Source of the DNA: Octopus vulgaris
Lineage: Eukaryota
Direction of reading: 5' to 3'
Length of the DNA: 64,000 bases
Assembly: GCA_951406725.2 (NCBI GenBank)
Contig: OX597818.1
Location: 88,536,001-88,600,000, forward strand
The stretch's first letter is position 1; every line of letters starts with the position of its first letter. The position numbers were made by a program, and so were the translations under genes. Under the pieces are notes generated by a model. It was given only the letters and a program-made list of their open reading frames with translations, was not told where the DNA came from and did not search any database. Shown here in pieces: positions 13,620 through 25,983 of the stretch.

Positions 13620-13842
13620 TATCCAGTAATTTTTTACTAGTTTCATCTCGTCTCTTTGTTTCCTCTCCGTGTTGATATATGGACAATTAAAGTGGTTTTA
13701 GAGTCAGATCATAGCTACTATTTTCAGCATGGTAGTATCTCGTAGATACCCTAATTTATAATTTTAATAATTATTACCTTTGAAGGTTTTTTTTTCCATG
13801 CTGACCACTTGATAAAATCGTTATTTTATTTTTAAATTAACG

Positions 13843-13919
<77 letters not shown>

Positions 13920-13924
13920 CTGTT

Positions 13925-14105
13925 ACACTTTTACAAGTTTTAGTCATTTAATTGCGCCTTTAGTAACAGAAATCGACCCCAGATCCTATTCTTTGTAATT
14001 CTAGTACTTATTCTATCAGTCTATTTTTCTGAACCCCTAAGTTTCTGAACACACCAACATCAATTATCAAGCGATGGTGGGGGGAGACATAAGCACTGAC
14101 ACAGA
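13925..14105 (-). mobile_element. SINE family 1, diverged 3' part
   Basis: AATCGACCCC...TTCTTTGTAA..CTAGTACTTATTCTATC...AAGCGATGGTGGGGG. Confidence 0.7.
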
Positions 14106-14107
14106 GG

Positions 14108-14173
<66 letters not shown>

Positions 14174-14341
14174 TGTATATGTATGTGTGTGTGTGTGTGT
14201 GTGTGTGTATGTATATATGTATATAGATATATATGTGTGTGTATTTATAATAGCGGTCACAAAAGTGACAAAGAGTACTGACTAGCACTGCTCTTGCTAA
14301 ACATAAGAGTTGAAATAACTCGAAGCCACAAAATCAGTATT

Positions 14342-14444
14342 TTGAGTAAGTCCCTAGCGTGCATAGCTGGATCGCGTTTTCGGATTTTGATGTAGACCAT
14401 CTTAATCCTCATCAGCGGCTCTTAATGCCTAGGGTTAAACTCAA
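14342..14444 (-). ncRNA. Type I hammerhead ribozyme motif with extended stem I, in a ~340 bp element (about 14248-14590) between microsatellites
   Basis: Minus strand: TTGAGT..CCCTAG GCAT..AGCCG-CTGATGA-GGAT TAA GATG GTCTA CATC AAA ATCC-GAAA-ACGCGA-TC/CAGCT ATGC..CTAGGG..ACTCAA. Confidence 0.8.
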
Positions 14445-14604
14445 CTACCTCTGTCAATCTTATAAGAAAAACTGTTGAAAACGTGTGCTGCAAAAGAGGT
14501 GGTTGACAGTACCCTTTGTCAATTTTATGACCTCTATTGATTTTGCTTTCAGATTTTAATTGCTAATAAGCCACCCTTTTCAGTTTGTTATATATATATA
14601 TATA

Positions 14605-15325
14605 CAGGGTGGGGAAGCAAAATTTACAATATTTTGAGGCAGGGATTGAAAGACAGTGTATGACCAATCAATTTATTGAAATTCATGATAATAGAAAATG
14701 TTTTTATTCTATGTGTCGTCCTTCTTTTTCAATAACTGCCTTCACACGCTTCCTGAAACTTGCACCAGGGTTCCTCAAATATTAGGGAGACAACTTCTCC
14801 CATTCTTCTTTAATAGTATCTTTAAGAGAGTCGACATTGCTGTGTGATGTTCTATTGGTAGCATGTTCTAAAACGCCCCAAATAGCATAATCCAGAGGGT
14901 TCAGATCTGGGCTAGAAGGCGGCCATAAACACGATTCCAAAGAATTGCTAAAGTTGGATTTGCCGAAATCTTGTACTTTTTTAGCTGTGTGGGCTGGAGC
15001 ACCATCCTGTGTCCAAAAATAATTACCATCTGGGTAGTTTGCTTTAAGCCATGGCAATACCTGGTATCTCAGAGTTTTGTAGTAAGTATTAACATTGATC
15101 TTTTCATCAGCTTTGTAGAATTTTATAGGCATTTTCTTTCCATCGGAAGCCACAACACTAAAAGCCATAACTTGAGCAGGATGTTTTGCTTTGAATGTCC
15201 CCTTAACCTCAGCTGTCGAGTTTGCGATAAATCTGTCATTTCCGCAGTTCAGAACCGCATCGACAGTGAAGATCTTTTCATCTGAAAAAATCGTTACAAT
15301 GGAGGACTTTTACTTGAACCATGTA
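14605..15325 (-). mobile_element. Tc1/mariner DD37D (maT-type) transposon relic, 5'-truncated
   Basis: In-frame IFSDEKIF...QDGAPAH...WPPSSPDLNPLDY with 37 residues between the 2nd and 3rd D; premature stop at 14782; terminus TA|CAGGGTG at 14603-14611. Confidence 0.9.
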
Positions 15326-16077
15326 AAAAAATCCAATTGTTCAACTAAAATCTTTCAAGACTGTTCCAGCATGGCCGTAGTCTATTTACTAAAACAAGTA
15401 AACAAAAAAGGATAAATGTTATGGCGTTATTACCCGTCACCAAAAGAACCATTGTAATTGCGAAACTCGTTGGCGGAATATAGAAACGGTTTACCTTGTA
15501 CTCTAGTTACTCTTGCGAAAAATATGCAGTACTTTGCAAATTAGCATCGAGTTCTTTGGCCATGAATTGCTATGGATTTTCGTACACACAGACACATAAA
15601 CACGTGTGTATGTATGCATGTACAGCGAGAGAGAGAGAGAGAGAGAGAGACGGGACGAGAGATAAATGGGCTGATAAATGTTTGTGTTAAATTATGTGTT
15701 GGATTTGTGAGTATAAATGGGTGCGACAGACTCCATCTTTGCCCGTCTGTCTGTCTGTGTATTTGCTTTTACGTGAAAAAAAAAAAGAGACGTGTGGCGT
15801 TTGTAGTTATAAGACTATACGACTGCATTAGCTAATGTGTACGCTTATGTGTTTATAGATTCACAGCCAGAAATAGGCATTTACAGATATATAGACAAAT
15901 GAAGAGACAGATCAATAGCAGATTTTAACACACACATAAACAAACACATCCACATATTCATATTTGTATGTGTGTACATATATAAATGCGTTATTATGCA
16001 CCGTGTCATCTGTCTATTTAGTTATGTGTCTATGAAATTATGTGTCAGTGAATCTGCATTATATACATACGAACACA

Positions 16078-16145
<68 letters not shown>

Positions 16146-16295
16146 CCTTTTCTCTCTCTCACACACACACATATATATATATAATAATATATATTTATAT
16201 ATATGTACGTATATATATTTATAGTATATATATATATATGTATAGTAAATATGTATATATATGTATATATATGTATATATATATATGTATATATA

Positions 16296-16361
<66 letters not shown>

Positions 16362-16733
16362 TACATATATATGCAGAGAGAGAGAGAGAGAGAGGAAGGA
16401 AAAAAGAAAGAATGAAAGAGATAAGACCGAGAAGGAAAAAAATACAAGCATTTCGATATATTTTAGCCTTAATCCTTGGAATATCAATGAAATATCAGGA
16501 AGTAGGTTTGCACAGATGTTACCGCATGGAATCTTTGAAGTCGTATAACAGAATACTGTTGGACTAAATATATTGTTCATAATAATGCTGGCAGCCAACA
16601 GACCTTGAAATGGTATGACAGTTACCAAAACAGCTGAGACCATTGACCAAGGCACTTCTTCATTTCCTACCTCGCACCATCACCATCTAATACGTATATA
16701 TATATATACACATATATGATGTATGTATGTATG

Positions 16734-16768
<35 letters not shown>

Positions 16769-16988
16769 ATATATATATATATATATACATATATGTACAC
16801 ACACATTTATATCTATCTATCTATCTATATATATATATATGTGTGTGTGTATGTATATACATAAACGCACATATATATAAATGCATATATATATATATAT
16901 GTATGTATAATGCATATGCGTACATATATACTTATACATATATAAATATATACATATACACATACGTGTACATATATATATATGCATT

Positions 16989-17019
<31 letters not shown>

Positions 17020-17319
17020 AAAGTTACTATATATATATATGTGTGTGTGTATGTATGCATGTATTTGTACATATGTATGTGTGTGTGTGTGCATGTGCGT
17101 ATATGTGTGTGTGTGTAATTTTTTCTTGTTTTTTTTTCAGTTTTTCTTCTCTGTGTAAAATCTTGTTACTTTCTGGTGCATTATATGAATAAACATGATT
17201 TTGTTACACAGCAATTTCGCTTTCGTAGTCCAGTGAGGAAATTGGTAGCATGAAGTGGTTCTTCTATTGGTCGTTATGGTTCTATTGACAATTTCTGTTT
17301 CCCTTGGACTTATCAAGAT

Positions 17320-17388
<69 letters not shown>

Positions 17389-17423
17389 CAGTAGTAGTAG
17401 CAGCAGCAGAAGCAGCAGTTGTG

Positions 17424-18198
17424 ATGCCCTGATACAGTACCAGGCAGTGGCTTTCATGGCTTCTGATCTTAACCTGATCGGAAGTGTTGTCATGTATATG
17501 TTTTGTCTTGGTATAAAAGATGAGCTACAACAAATATTCCGCTTAATATCACCGGTTTGCTTGTCAGTTGTTTGACCTTAACCTGTTGGACATGTTAGCG
17601 ATATGTGTATCTCTGAACACGAGCAGAAATAGTTGGGGGAGCATCATAGCCATGTGTTGAAAGAAATTTTGGGAGTTTGAACGACTCACCCCTGGAAACA
17701 TGGGTGTTTCGTTCATCCTCCTTAAACAACGATTTTTCAGGGTGCTTTTGAGCAGGATGGGATACTCGAACTGAGGAAAATTCTGATTAGGTCTCCACCC
17801 GCAAGGTCATGCGCTGTTTATCTTATTTCTTTACTACCCACAAGGAGCTAAACAGAGAGGAGACAAACAAGGAAAGACAGACGGATTAAGTCGATTATAT
17901 CGATCCCAGTGCGTAACTGGTACTTAATTTATCGACCCCGAAAGGATGAAAGGCAAAGTCGACCTCGGTGGAATTTGAACTCAGAACGTAGTGGCAGACG
18001 AAATACCGCTAACGATTCTGCTAGCTCGCCGCCCTTATGCGCTGTTTATCTTGATATGAGATCACCATGTCGCGCACATATGGTTGTGATGCATGTGCCT
18101 GGTGTACCCTTATCATACGGGTAGCCATGATGGGTATACTGGACTTCGTATATTTTAACCCCAGTGTCACTTTGATGGCATGCGCTGCTCTCTCACTC
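17424..18198 (+). mobile_element. ~556 bp non-coding element with (TAA)n tail, copy 1, interrupted by a SINE
   Basis: Same ends as the copies at 20198 and 20825 (ATGCCCTGAT.CAGTACCAGGCAG ... CTGCTCTCTCACTC then AATAAT). Confidence 0.85.
17825..18036 (-). mobile_element. SINE family 2 with perfect 16 bp TSD
   Basis: ATGCGCTGTTTATCTT at 17809-17824 and 18037-18052. Confidence 0.9.
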
Positions 18199-18627
18199 AA
18201 TAATAACAATGATAATAATAATGATGATGAATGTTAATGATAATGATGATGATAGTGATGATGACGACGACAACGACGACGATGATGATGATTTCTTTTA
18301 CTGGTCCCAAGGAGTTGGGTATTCAGGACATTATGAAAGGACAAAATACAACGCCCGAAAAGATGACGTTTACATCGACCATAGGGAGAAACAACGGATC
18401 TAAGGATATTACAAAAAATATAAAATTAGAATTTAGAAAAAATGATTAATTATTTAATTAATCTAATTAATCAGTTTAATCAATAAATTAATTCACTAGT
18501 CGAAAGTCCAATAGCGGCGCAGTCAGTCCAGTGTAATTCCGGGAGAAACACGACACAAAAATTCCCGGTTAACTCTATAGTCCCCAAGGTAGGAAAAGTG
18601 CCTTCTTCCAGAGATGGCCAATTCAGC

Positions 18628-18711
<84 letters not shown>

Positions 18712-18723
18712 AATAATAATAAT

Positions 18724-18781
<58 letters not shown>

Positions 18782-18833
18782 GTAGTAATACTAATACTAC
18801 TACTACTACTAATAATAATAATAGTAATAATAA

Positions 18834-19977
18834 AACAGGCAAAGGAATATCTAAGTGAATTCCGAATACAACCAATTTCGGAATTAGAGATAGACATACA
18901 AGAAACAAGCACAGAAAAAGCTAAGCGCATGAAAACCCGTGCCAAAACTGCGGCCTTAGATATTCTGAATAATAAATGGCAAGAAAAACCTCTCTATGGC
19001 AAATACCCAAAGAGAGCGAATAATGCAGATATTGACAAAGCCCTGACCCATCAATGGCTAATGGCTTCTGGCCTAAAATCTGAAACAGGGGTTTATCATA
19101 GCAGCTCAAGATCAATGCCGACCAACAAGAAACTACCAGGCCAACATATTAAAGAACGGCAGTAGCCCAACATGTCGTGTATGCAGGCAACAAAATGAAA
19201 CCATTGATCATGTTGTCTCCAAATGCAGTCTTCTAGCGCCTACAGAGTACCTCAACAGGCATGATAAAGCTGCACAATATATTCACTGGGTAATTTGCAA
19301 AAACCTGGATTTGCCCCATGAAAAAAACTGGTGGGAACACAATCCACCTCCAGTGCTTGAAAATGACCACATCTCACTCCTCTGGAACTTCACCATTCAA
19401 ACTGACAGGAAGATAGATGCAAATAGGCCAGACATCATATTGAAAGACTTCAGACAAAGAACATGCCACCTCATTGATATGACTGTCCCAATCGATATAA
19501 ACGTATCTGTCAAGACCTACCAAAAACTGAGCAAATATAAAGATCTTGAAATAGAAATCAGCAAAATGTGGAAGCTGAAGACTAAAACAATACCTGTTGT
19601 CATAGGTGCCCTGGGAATGATAGCGAAAGGGACTAATTGCTACCTAACTCAGATACCAGGAAACCCCAAAATGGCAGAAATTCAAAAGATAGTGCTCATG
19701 GGAACTGCTCATATCCTACGCAAAATACTCTCTATGTAATCCCAAGGTTTAAAACAAACTTTTTTAAAATTTATTTATTTATTTATTTTACTTTATTTTA
19801 TTTCATTTTATTTATTTATTTTTTTTATTTTATTTTTATGTATTAGACATTCACTAGTACAACACCAAAAAAAAAAACCCCAAATATATGGCACAGAACT
19901 TCCTACCTGTTGTCAATTGAGGTCTCTGGGTGAGACTTGGAGCCAACTTGTACTGACATAAAGCAAAAGTCAAACAG
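18834..19977 (+). mobile_element. Dong/R4-clade RLE non-LTR retrotransposon, 5'-truncated and frameshifted, inserted in (TAA)n
   Basis: CRVC..ETIDHVVSKC zinc knuckle, YLNRHD, NRPDIIL...IDMTVP...KLSKY...PVVIGALG endonuclease motifs; stop at 19739; 3' UTR ends in (AAT)n. Dong elements are known to target TAA repeats. Confidence 0.9.
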
Positions 19978-20010
19978 AATAATAATAATAATAATAGTAA
20001 TAATAATAAT

Positions 20011-20114
20011 AAACCCAAATATATGGCACAGAACTTCCAACCTGTTGTCTCTTGAGGTCTCTGGGTGAGACTTGGAGCCAACTTGTACAGACATAAAGCA
20101 AAAGTCAAACATAG
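20011..20114 (+). mobile_element. Second copy of the last ~105 bp of the Dong/R4 3' UTR
   Basis: Near-identical to 19875-19977 and flanked by (AAT)n. Confidence 0.9.
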
Positions 20115-20130
20115 AATAATAATAATAATA

Positions 20131-20197
<67 letters not shown>

Positions 20198-20199
<2 letters not shown>

Positions 20200-20753
20200 G
20201 CCCTGATGCAGTACCAGGCAGTGGCTCTCATGGCTTCTGATCTTAACTGATTGGAAGTGTTATCATGTACATTGTTTTGTCTTGGTATAAAAGATGGGCT
20301 ACAGCAAATATTCTGCTCAATACCACAGATTTGCTTGTCAGTTGTTTGACCTTAACCAGTTGAGCATGTCCCTTAGTGGCTGACGATATGTGCATCTCGG
20401 ATCACGAGCAGAAGTAGTGGAGGAGCATCATAGCCATGTGTTGAGAGGGATTCTTTGGGGTTTGAATAGTTCACCTCTGGAAAAATGGGTGGTTCTTTCA
20501 ACATCCTTAAACAACCCTTATTCAGGGACCGTTTGAGCGGGATGGGCTACTCAACCTGAAGAAAATTCTAACTGGGCCCCACCTGCAAGGTCATGTGCTG
20601 TTTATCTTGATATGAGATCACCATGTCGCGCACATATGGTTGTGATGCATGTGCCTGGTGTACCTTTATCAGACGGGTAGTCATGATGGGTATATTGGGC
20701 TTCGTATATTTTACCCCAGTGTCACTTTGATGGCATGAACTGCTCTCTCACTC
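20198..20753 (+). mobile_element. ~556 bp non-coding element in (TAA)n, copy 2
   Basis: Full-length copy with (TAA)n on both sides. Confidence 0.9.
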
Positions 20754-20757
20754 AATG

Positions 20758-20806
<49 letters not shown>

Positions 20807-20824
20807 TAATAATAATAATAATAA

Positions 20825-21367
20825 ATGCCCTGATGCAGTACCAGGCAGTGGTTCTCATGGCATCTGATCTTAACTGATTGGAAGTGTTATCATGTACATT
20901 GTTTTGTCTTGGTATAAAAGATGGGCTACAGCAAATATTCTGCTCAATACCACAGATTTGTTTGTCAGTTGTTTGACCTTAACCAGTTGAGCATGTCCCT
21001 TAGTGGCTGACAATATGTGCATCTCTGATCACGAGCAGAAGTAGTGGAGGAGCATCATCGCCATGTGTTGAGAGGGATTCTTTGGGAGTTGAATAATTCA
21101 CTTCTGGAAAAATGGGTGTTTCGTTCAACATCTTTAAACAACCCTTATTCAGGGAGCTTTTGAGCAAGATGGGTTACTCGACCAGAAGAAAATTCTAACT
21201 GGGCCACACATGCAAAGTCATCTGCTTTTTATCTTGATATGAGATCACCATGTCGCGCACATATGGTTGTGATGCATGTGCCTAGTGTACCCTTATCAGA
21301 CGGGTATACTGGGCTTCGTATATTTTACCCCAGTGTCACTTTGATGGCATGCACTGCTCTCCCACTC
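20825..21367 (+). mobile_element. ~556 bp non-coding element in (TAA)n, copy 3
   Basis: Same ends as copy 2, with a small deletion at GACGGGTA[..]TACTGGG. Confidence 0.9.
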
Positions 21368-21401
21368 AATAATAATAATGATAATAATAATAATAATAAT
21401 G

Positions 21402-21467
<66 letters not shown>

Positions 21468-21686
21468 GTAATGATAATATACTGAAGAACGTTTAGTTTG
21501 CAGTGACGTTCTATACCTGTGGACAGTTCATTGGCTGCAAGTGAACAGCTTATGACAGAGAGACCATATACATTGTGTATCAAAGTTAGATATTTCCTAG
21601 GTAATGCTTAGGTGACAGATACATTTGTTTGATTGTTTACTTTATCAGAATTCAGAAACTTCAAGAAATATGAGTGTGTATTATTT

Positions 21687-21867
21687 TTAACAAGGGAACT
21701 CGAAGTAGATAAAGACATAACTAATAGTGTGATGAATATTGGATTAAAAAATCTCTTTGGTGGAAATAAGTTGAGGGCTACCATCAACTTATGTCCATCC
21801 AAAGAGTTCTTAACCTAATGTTCTGCACATTATTCAAGGCTTTATCTACTCCGAGCTCTATCGTTAA
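21687..21867. mobile_element. Putative TTAA-bounded MITE
   Basis: Imperfect 28 bp inverted termini (23/28): TTAACAAGGGAACTCGAAGTAGATAAAG versus TTAACGATAGAGCTCGGAGTAGATAAAG. Confidence 0.5.
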
Positions 21868-22309
21868 AACTATTTCACCAAAAAAGATGAGTGAATGTAG
21901 CAAGGATGGCACGTATGAATGACGTGCCATCCTATGAGTACGATCCTATGAACCCGGAAAATTTTAAAACAGAGAGTTACTTACTTGCAAATAAATGTGT
22001 TAACATGTGACATTATTGACCGAGGTTACCGTGGTCTTTTCCGTAGGATTTTCTTTCCACGATTAAACCTTATCTGTTTCCCATTTTACACTTTACATTT
22101 CTGTGATGCACGATCCCTATTGATCGTTTTTTTTTCTCCCTTTCACGATCCCTTTTGATCGAAAACCTACCCCACTTTTTTTTCTCCCCAAAAAGAAAAA
22201 CTCTACTTTGTAATCTGTCCCGTCTGTGTGCAACCCTGTGTGGCTAATACAGAAACATATATTCTAGTGAAAATTTGACTTACAACTAGAAACTGGACTG
22301 TAGAAAATA

Positions 22310-22798
22310 GTCTGTTTGTGAACGGACGCTGAAAGTTTTCGTCAGTTTGTGCATTAGGGAACATTTTATCTATCATAATCAGAGCTAGTAAACAGTTAGT
22401 TAACTGATATAGACGTTAGTACATTAATGAGTACACTTTTAAGCTGTTAAATGGACATCGAAAGTTTGCGCCTATCTGTGCATTTGTGAACATTTTGTTT
22501 ATTAGAGCCAAAGCAAGTACAGTAATTCCTCGCCATATCGCAGTTCACCTATCATGGTTTATTATCTAAGCTTACGTCGATTCCTCCGCGTTGTTGTGTT
22601 GCAGTTATAATAAAATAAATATACTCTTTTACTCTTTTACTTGTTTCAGTCATGTGACTGTGACCATGCTGGAGCACCACCTTCAGTCGAGCAAATCGAC
22701 CCCAGGACTTATTCCCTGTAAGCCTAGTACTTGATCTATCGGTCGCTTTTGCCAGCATCGGTTGTCAAGCGATGTTGGCGGGGACAAACACAGACACA

Positions 22799-22870
<72 letters not shown>

Positions 22871-23470
22871 CATATATACGACGGGCTTCTTTCAGTTTCC
22901 GTCTACCAAATCCACTCACAAAGCTTTGGTCGGCCCGAAGCTATAGTAGAAGACACTTGCTCAAGGTGCCACGCAGTGAGACTGAACCCGGAACCCTGTG
23001 GTTCGTAAGCAAGTTACTTCCCACACAGCCACACCTACGCCTATATATATGTCAATTATAAAAATAACCACAAACATACAGTACAGTACTGTTTCTACTT
23101 CGCGGATTTTCCTTTCGCGGGATTTTTGAAACATAACACCCGCGTTAGTCGAGTTATTACTTTACACAGTTTGTTAACGGTTACATCAGTTAGTGATTTT
23201 AGTGAGCACAAAACAAAGCTGTTAAACGGACATTGAAATTTTGCGTCTATCCTTGCATTGGTGGACAGTTTGTTTATCATAACCAGAGCAAGTAAACTGC
23301 TTGATAACGGTTATATTAGTTAGTATTACTGAAAAACACGGTTAAGCTGTTAAACGGACATTGGAAGTTTGTATCTGAGCCTTAGTGAACAGTTTGTTTC
23401 TTATAACCAGAGCAAGTAAACAGTTTGTTAAAAGCTATAGTATTTAGTACATTAGAGAACATACCACTAA
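22310..23470. repeat. Degenerate ~125 bp tandem repeat interrupted by a SINE
   Basis: GCTGTTAAACGGACATTG.AA.TTTG...GAACA.TTTGTTT....A.CCAGAGCAAGTAAAC recurs at about 22320, 22443, 23218 and 23346. Confidence 0.7.
22623..23042 (-). mobile_element. SINE family 1
   Basis: Head and tail as in other copies, with an internal deletion. Confidence 0.9.
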
Positions 23471-24338
23471 GATGTCCAGCAAACAACAAACCAGCCTGAA
23501 TAAACAGCAAAGTGTAAATCAATACATGCAACGTAATAATCAGCTCACCAACTTCTGCCAAAAGCTTTGGACTCCATATCGTCTGTTTAGCCAATAGAAA
23601 TATAAGTTAGCTTTCTATTAAAAGCGGCCCGATAATGTCTGGCGTTTCCTTCATTAATAAACCGGCCAGTTTATGGGGGGCAAAAAGGTTAGGTCTTTAC
23701 TGAAGCATCTAGCAGAGGTTTTTACGGCGTGTAATGGATGTTTGTTAGAGATTCCTCGAATCTTCACAGCATCGCAGAGAAATCTCTGCAATATGAAATA
23801 TAGCTAGCTTAATAATAAACCATCAATAATATTTGGCCAATGAATAGATCAATGGACGTTTTTCCATGAATAATCGATGGTTCAGCCCAAATCAAACATT
23901 CATCAACCCTGATTTAGTATGGAGTATCTTTTCGTATTGCTCCTCCACCCTCGCTCCGTTTCTTTCCTACTTTCTTTCTATCTTTCTTTCCTTCTTTTCC
24001 GTTTCATATATATGTGTAAGTGTGTACACAGACAAACAGATACACACCTATACATATACATACACACATATACATACATCTATAACACACACATATATAT
24101 ATACATACACATACACGCATATATATGCATTTAAATATTGCTAACTGAGAGTATATGTATATATATATATATAGACAGATAGATAGATAGATAGATAGAT
24201 ACAGACAGACAGACAGACAGACATACACACACATATATATATGATGAATAAATATAAATATGCTTGTATATGTACACACGTATACATATGTGCGTATATA
24301 TACATACATATATATATGTGAGTACGTACATATATATA

Positions 24339-24371
<33 letters not shown>

Positions 24372-24564
24372 TTGCTCACACATACCGACGGTCACTCCAA
24401 TACACACATCGATACACACAGACACACACACACACATATATATATATGCATATACATACATGGAAGCTATATATGTATGTGTCTGTGTATGTATATGTGT
24501 TTGTATATGCATATGTGTATATATATGTATGTATATGTACATGCATATATATACATACACACAC

Positions 24565-24611
<47 letters not shown>

Positions 24612-24612
24612 A

Positions 24613-24665
<53 letters not shown>

Positions 24666-24678
24666 AATAGATGTATAT

Positions 24679-24735
<57 letters not shown>

Positions 24736-24741
24736 CATATT

Positions 24742-24844
<103 letters not shown>

Positions 24845-25550
24845 TTATATTCATACACACATATACATCGCACGCTTTCTTTTTCTGTCGCCGCTTCTTT
24901 ATTGATCAGAAACATATTTCTGTCGTATCGACTATTGATTGATTGATAAATATATTTAGAACAGTTTTATATTAACCAAAAAAAAAAAAACATCACCCAC
25001 CCACACTTAACGCTAATGGAGTCTTCTGATCAAACAACTACTCCTTCCACCCCTACCATCTTACCATCATTCCATTCCCATTGCTTTTACATGTTCGCTA
25101 TGCCGACCTGGTTCCGCTTGTTCTTCTTCTTTCATTCGTTACTCCACAGAGGTGGTGTACTGCTCTCTGCTTCTCTAAAGCTACTACGACCTGGCGTAGG
25201 GAAGACGCAAGATGGTGGTTTACGTAATCATCGATGTCCAGCCTGATAAGTAACAAACTACTGAATTTTACTAATATGAAGATCTATGGGTCTAATTCCG
25301 GAACAGGCACTATCATGGCCCATTGTAAATTAAGTAACTTCTCGTAGTTTCAGTATGTAGATTTGCTCATAATTTTCGTGATTGGTTTCAAGCCTTGTTT
25401 TATATTGCCGAAGTCATGTGTGTAGTAAAGCAATACATATGTGAAAATATATTCGGGGTTCATATAACCTGACGATATCAATATTGAACCCAAATTTAAG
25501 GTGTAGAAACTGCAATAATTTATACACATTAAAATTGTATTTATGCATAA

Positions 25551-25592
<42 letters not shown>

Positions 25593-25639
25593 TATACACA
25601 GATTACGACTTAATATATATATATATATATATATATAGT

Positions 25640-25903
25640 CAATAATGATAAGGTTAAAATTAATTAATTAGTAATTAATAATTTTACCAAGCAGTGTTCA
25701 GTATGTAAAAAGACCATTTACGGTATATTTAAAACATTACTTTATATAATTAGGGTTCAGCAAAAAAATTTACTTTACCACACACCGAACTTTTAGAAAT
25801 AGCAGCCAAAGAATTTAGCTATTTCCTCTACTATAAGAAGAGTCTTTTCTAAAAGTTCGGTGTGTGGTAAAGTAAATTTTTTTGCTGAACCCTAATTATA
25901 TAA
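25640..25903. mobile_element. Short element in (TA)n with a perfect 58 bp inverted repeat
   Basis: 25742-25799 is the reverse complement of 25846-25903, spacer 46 bp. It shares motifs with the 12.4 kb palindrome unit. Confidence 0.8.
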
Positions 25904-25904
25904 G

Positions 25905-25983
<79 letters not shown>

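Larger units (their letters stand above)
12402..13846. mobile_element. 1445 bp palindromic element (712 bp arms, 21 bp spacer) flanked by (TA)n; each arm contains a ~230 bp direct repeat and a hammerhead
   Basis: 12402-13113 is the reverse complement of 13135-13846 with no indels (end coordinates sum to 26248 at both ends). I saw one mismatch by eye (CATGCTG versus CATGTTG). Confidence 0.9.

Noticed and set aside
16440-16665. Hydrophobic minus-strand frame ([20 protein letters not shown]...) as a host exon
   Set aside because: No recognisable domain, weak splice signals, and it runs into microsatellite. Not excluded, but unsupported.
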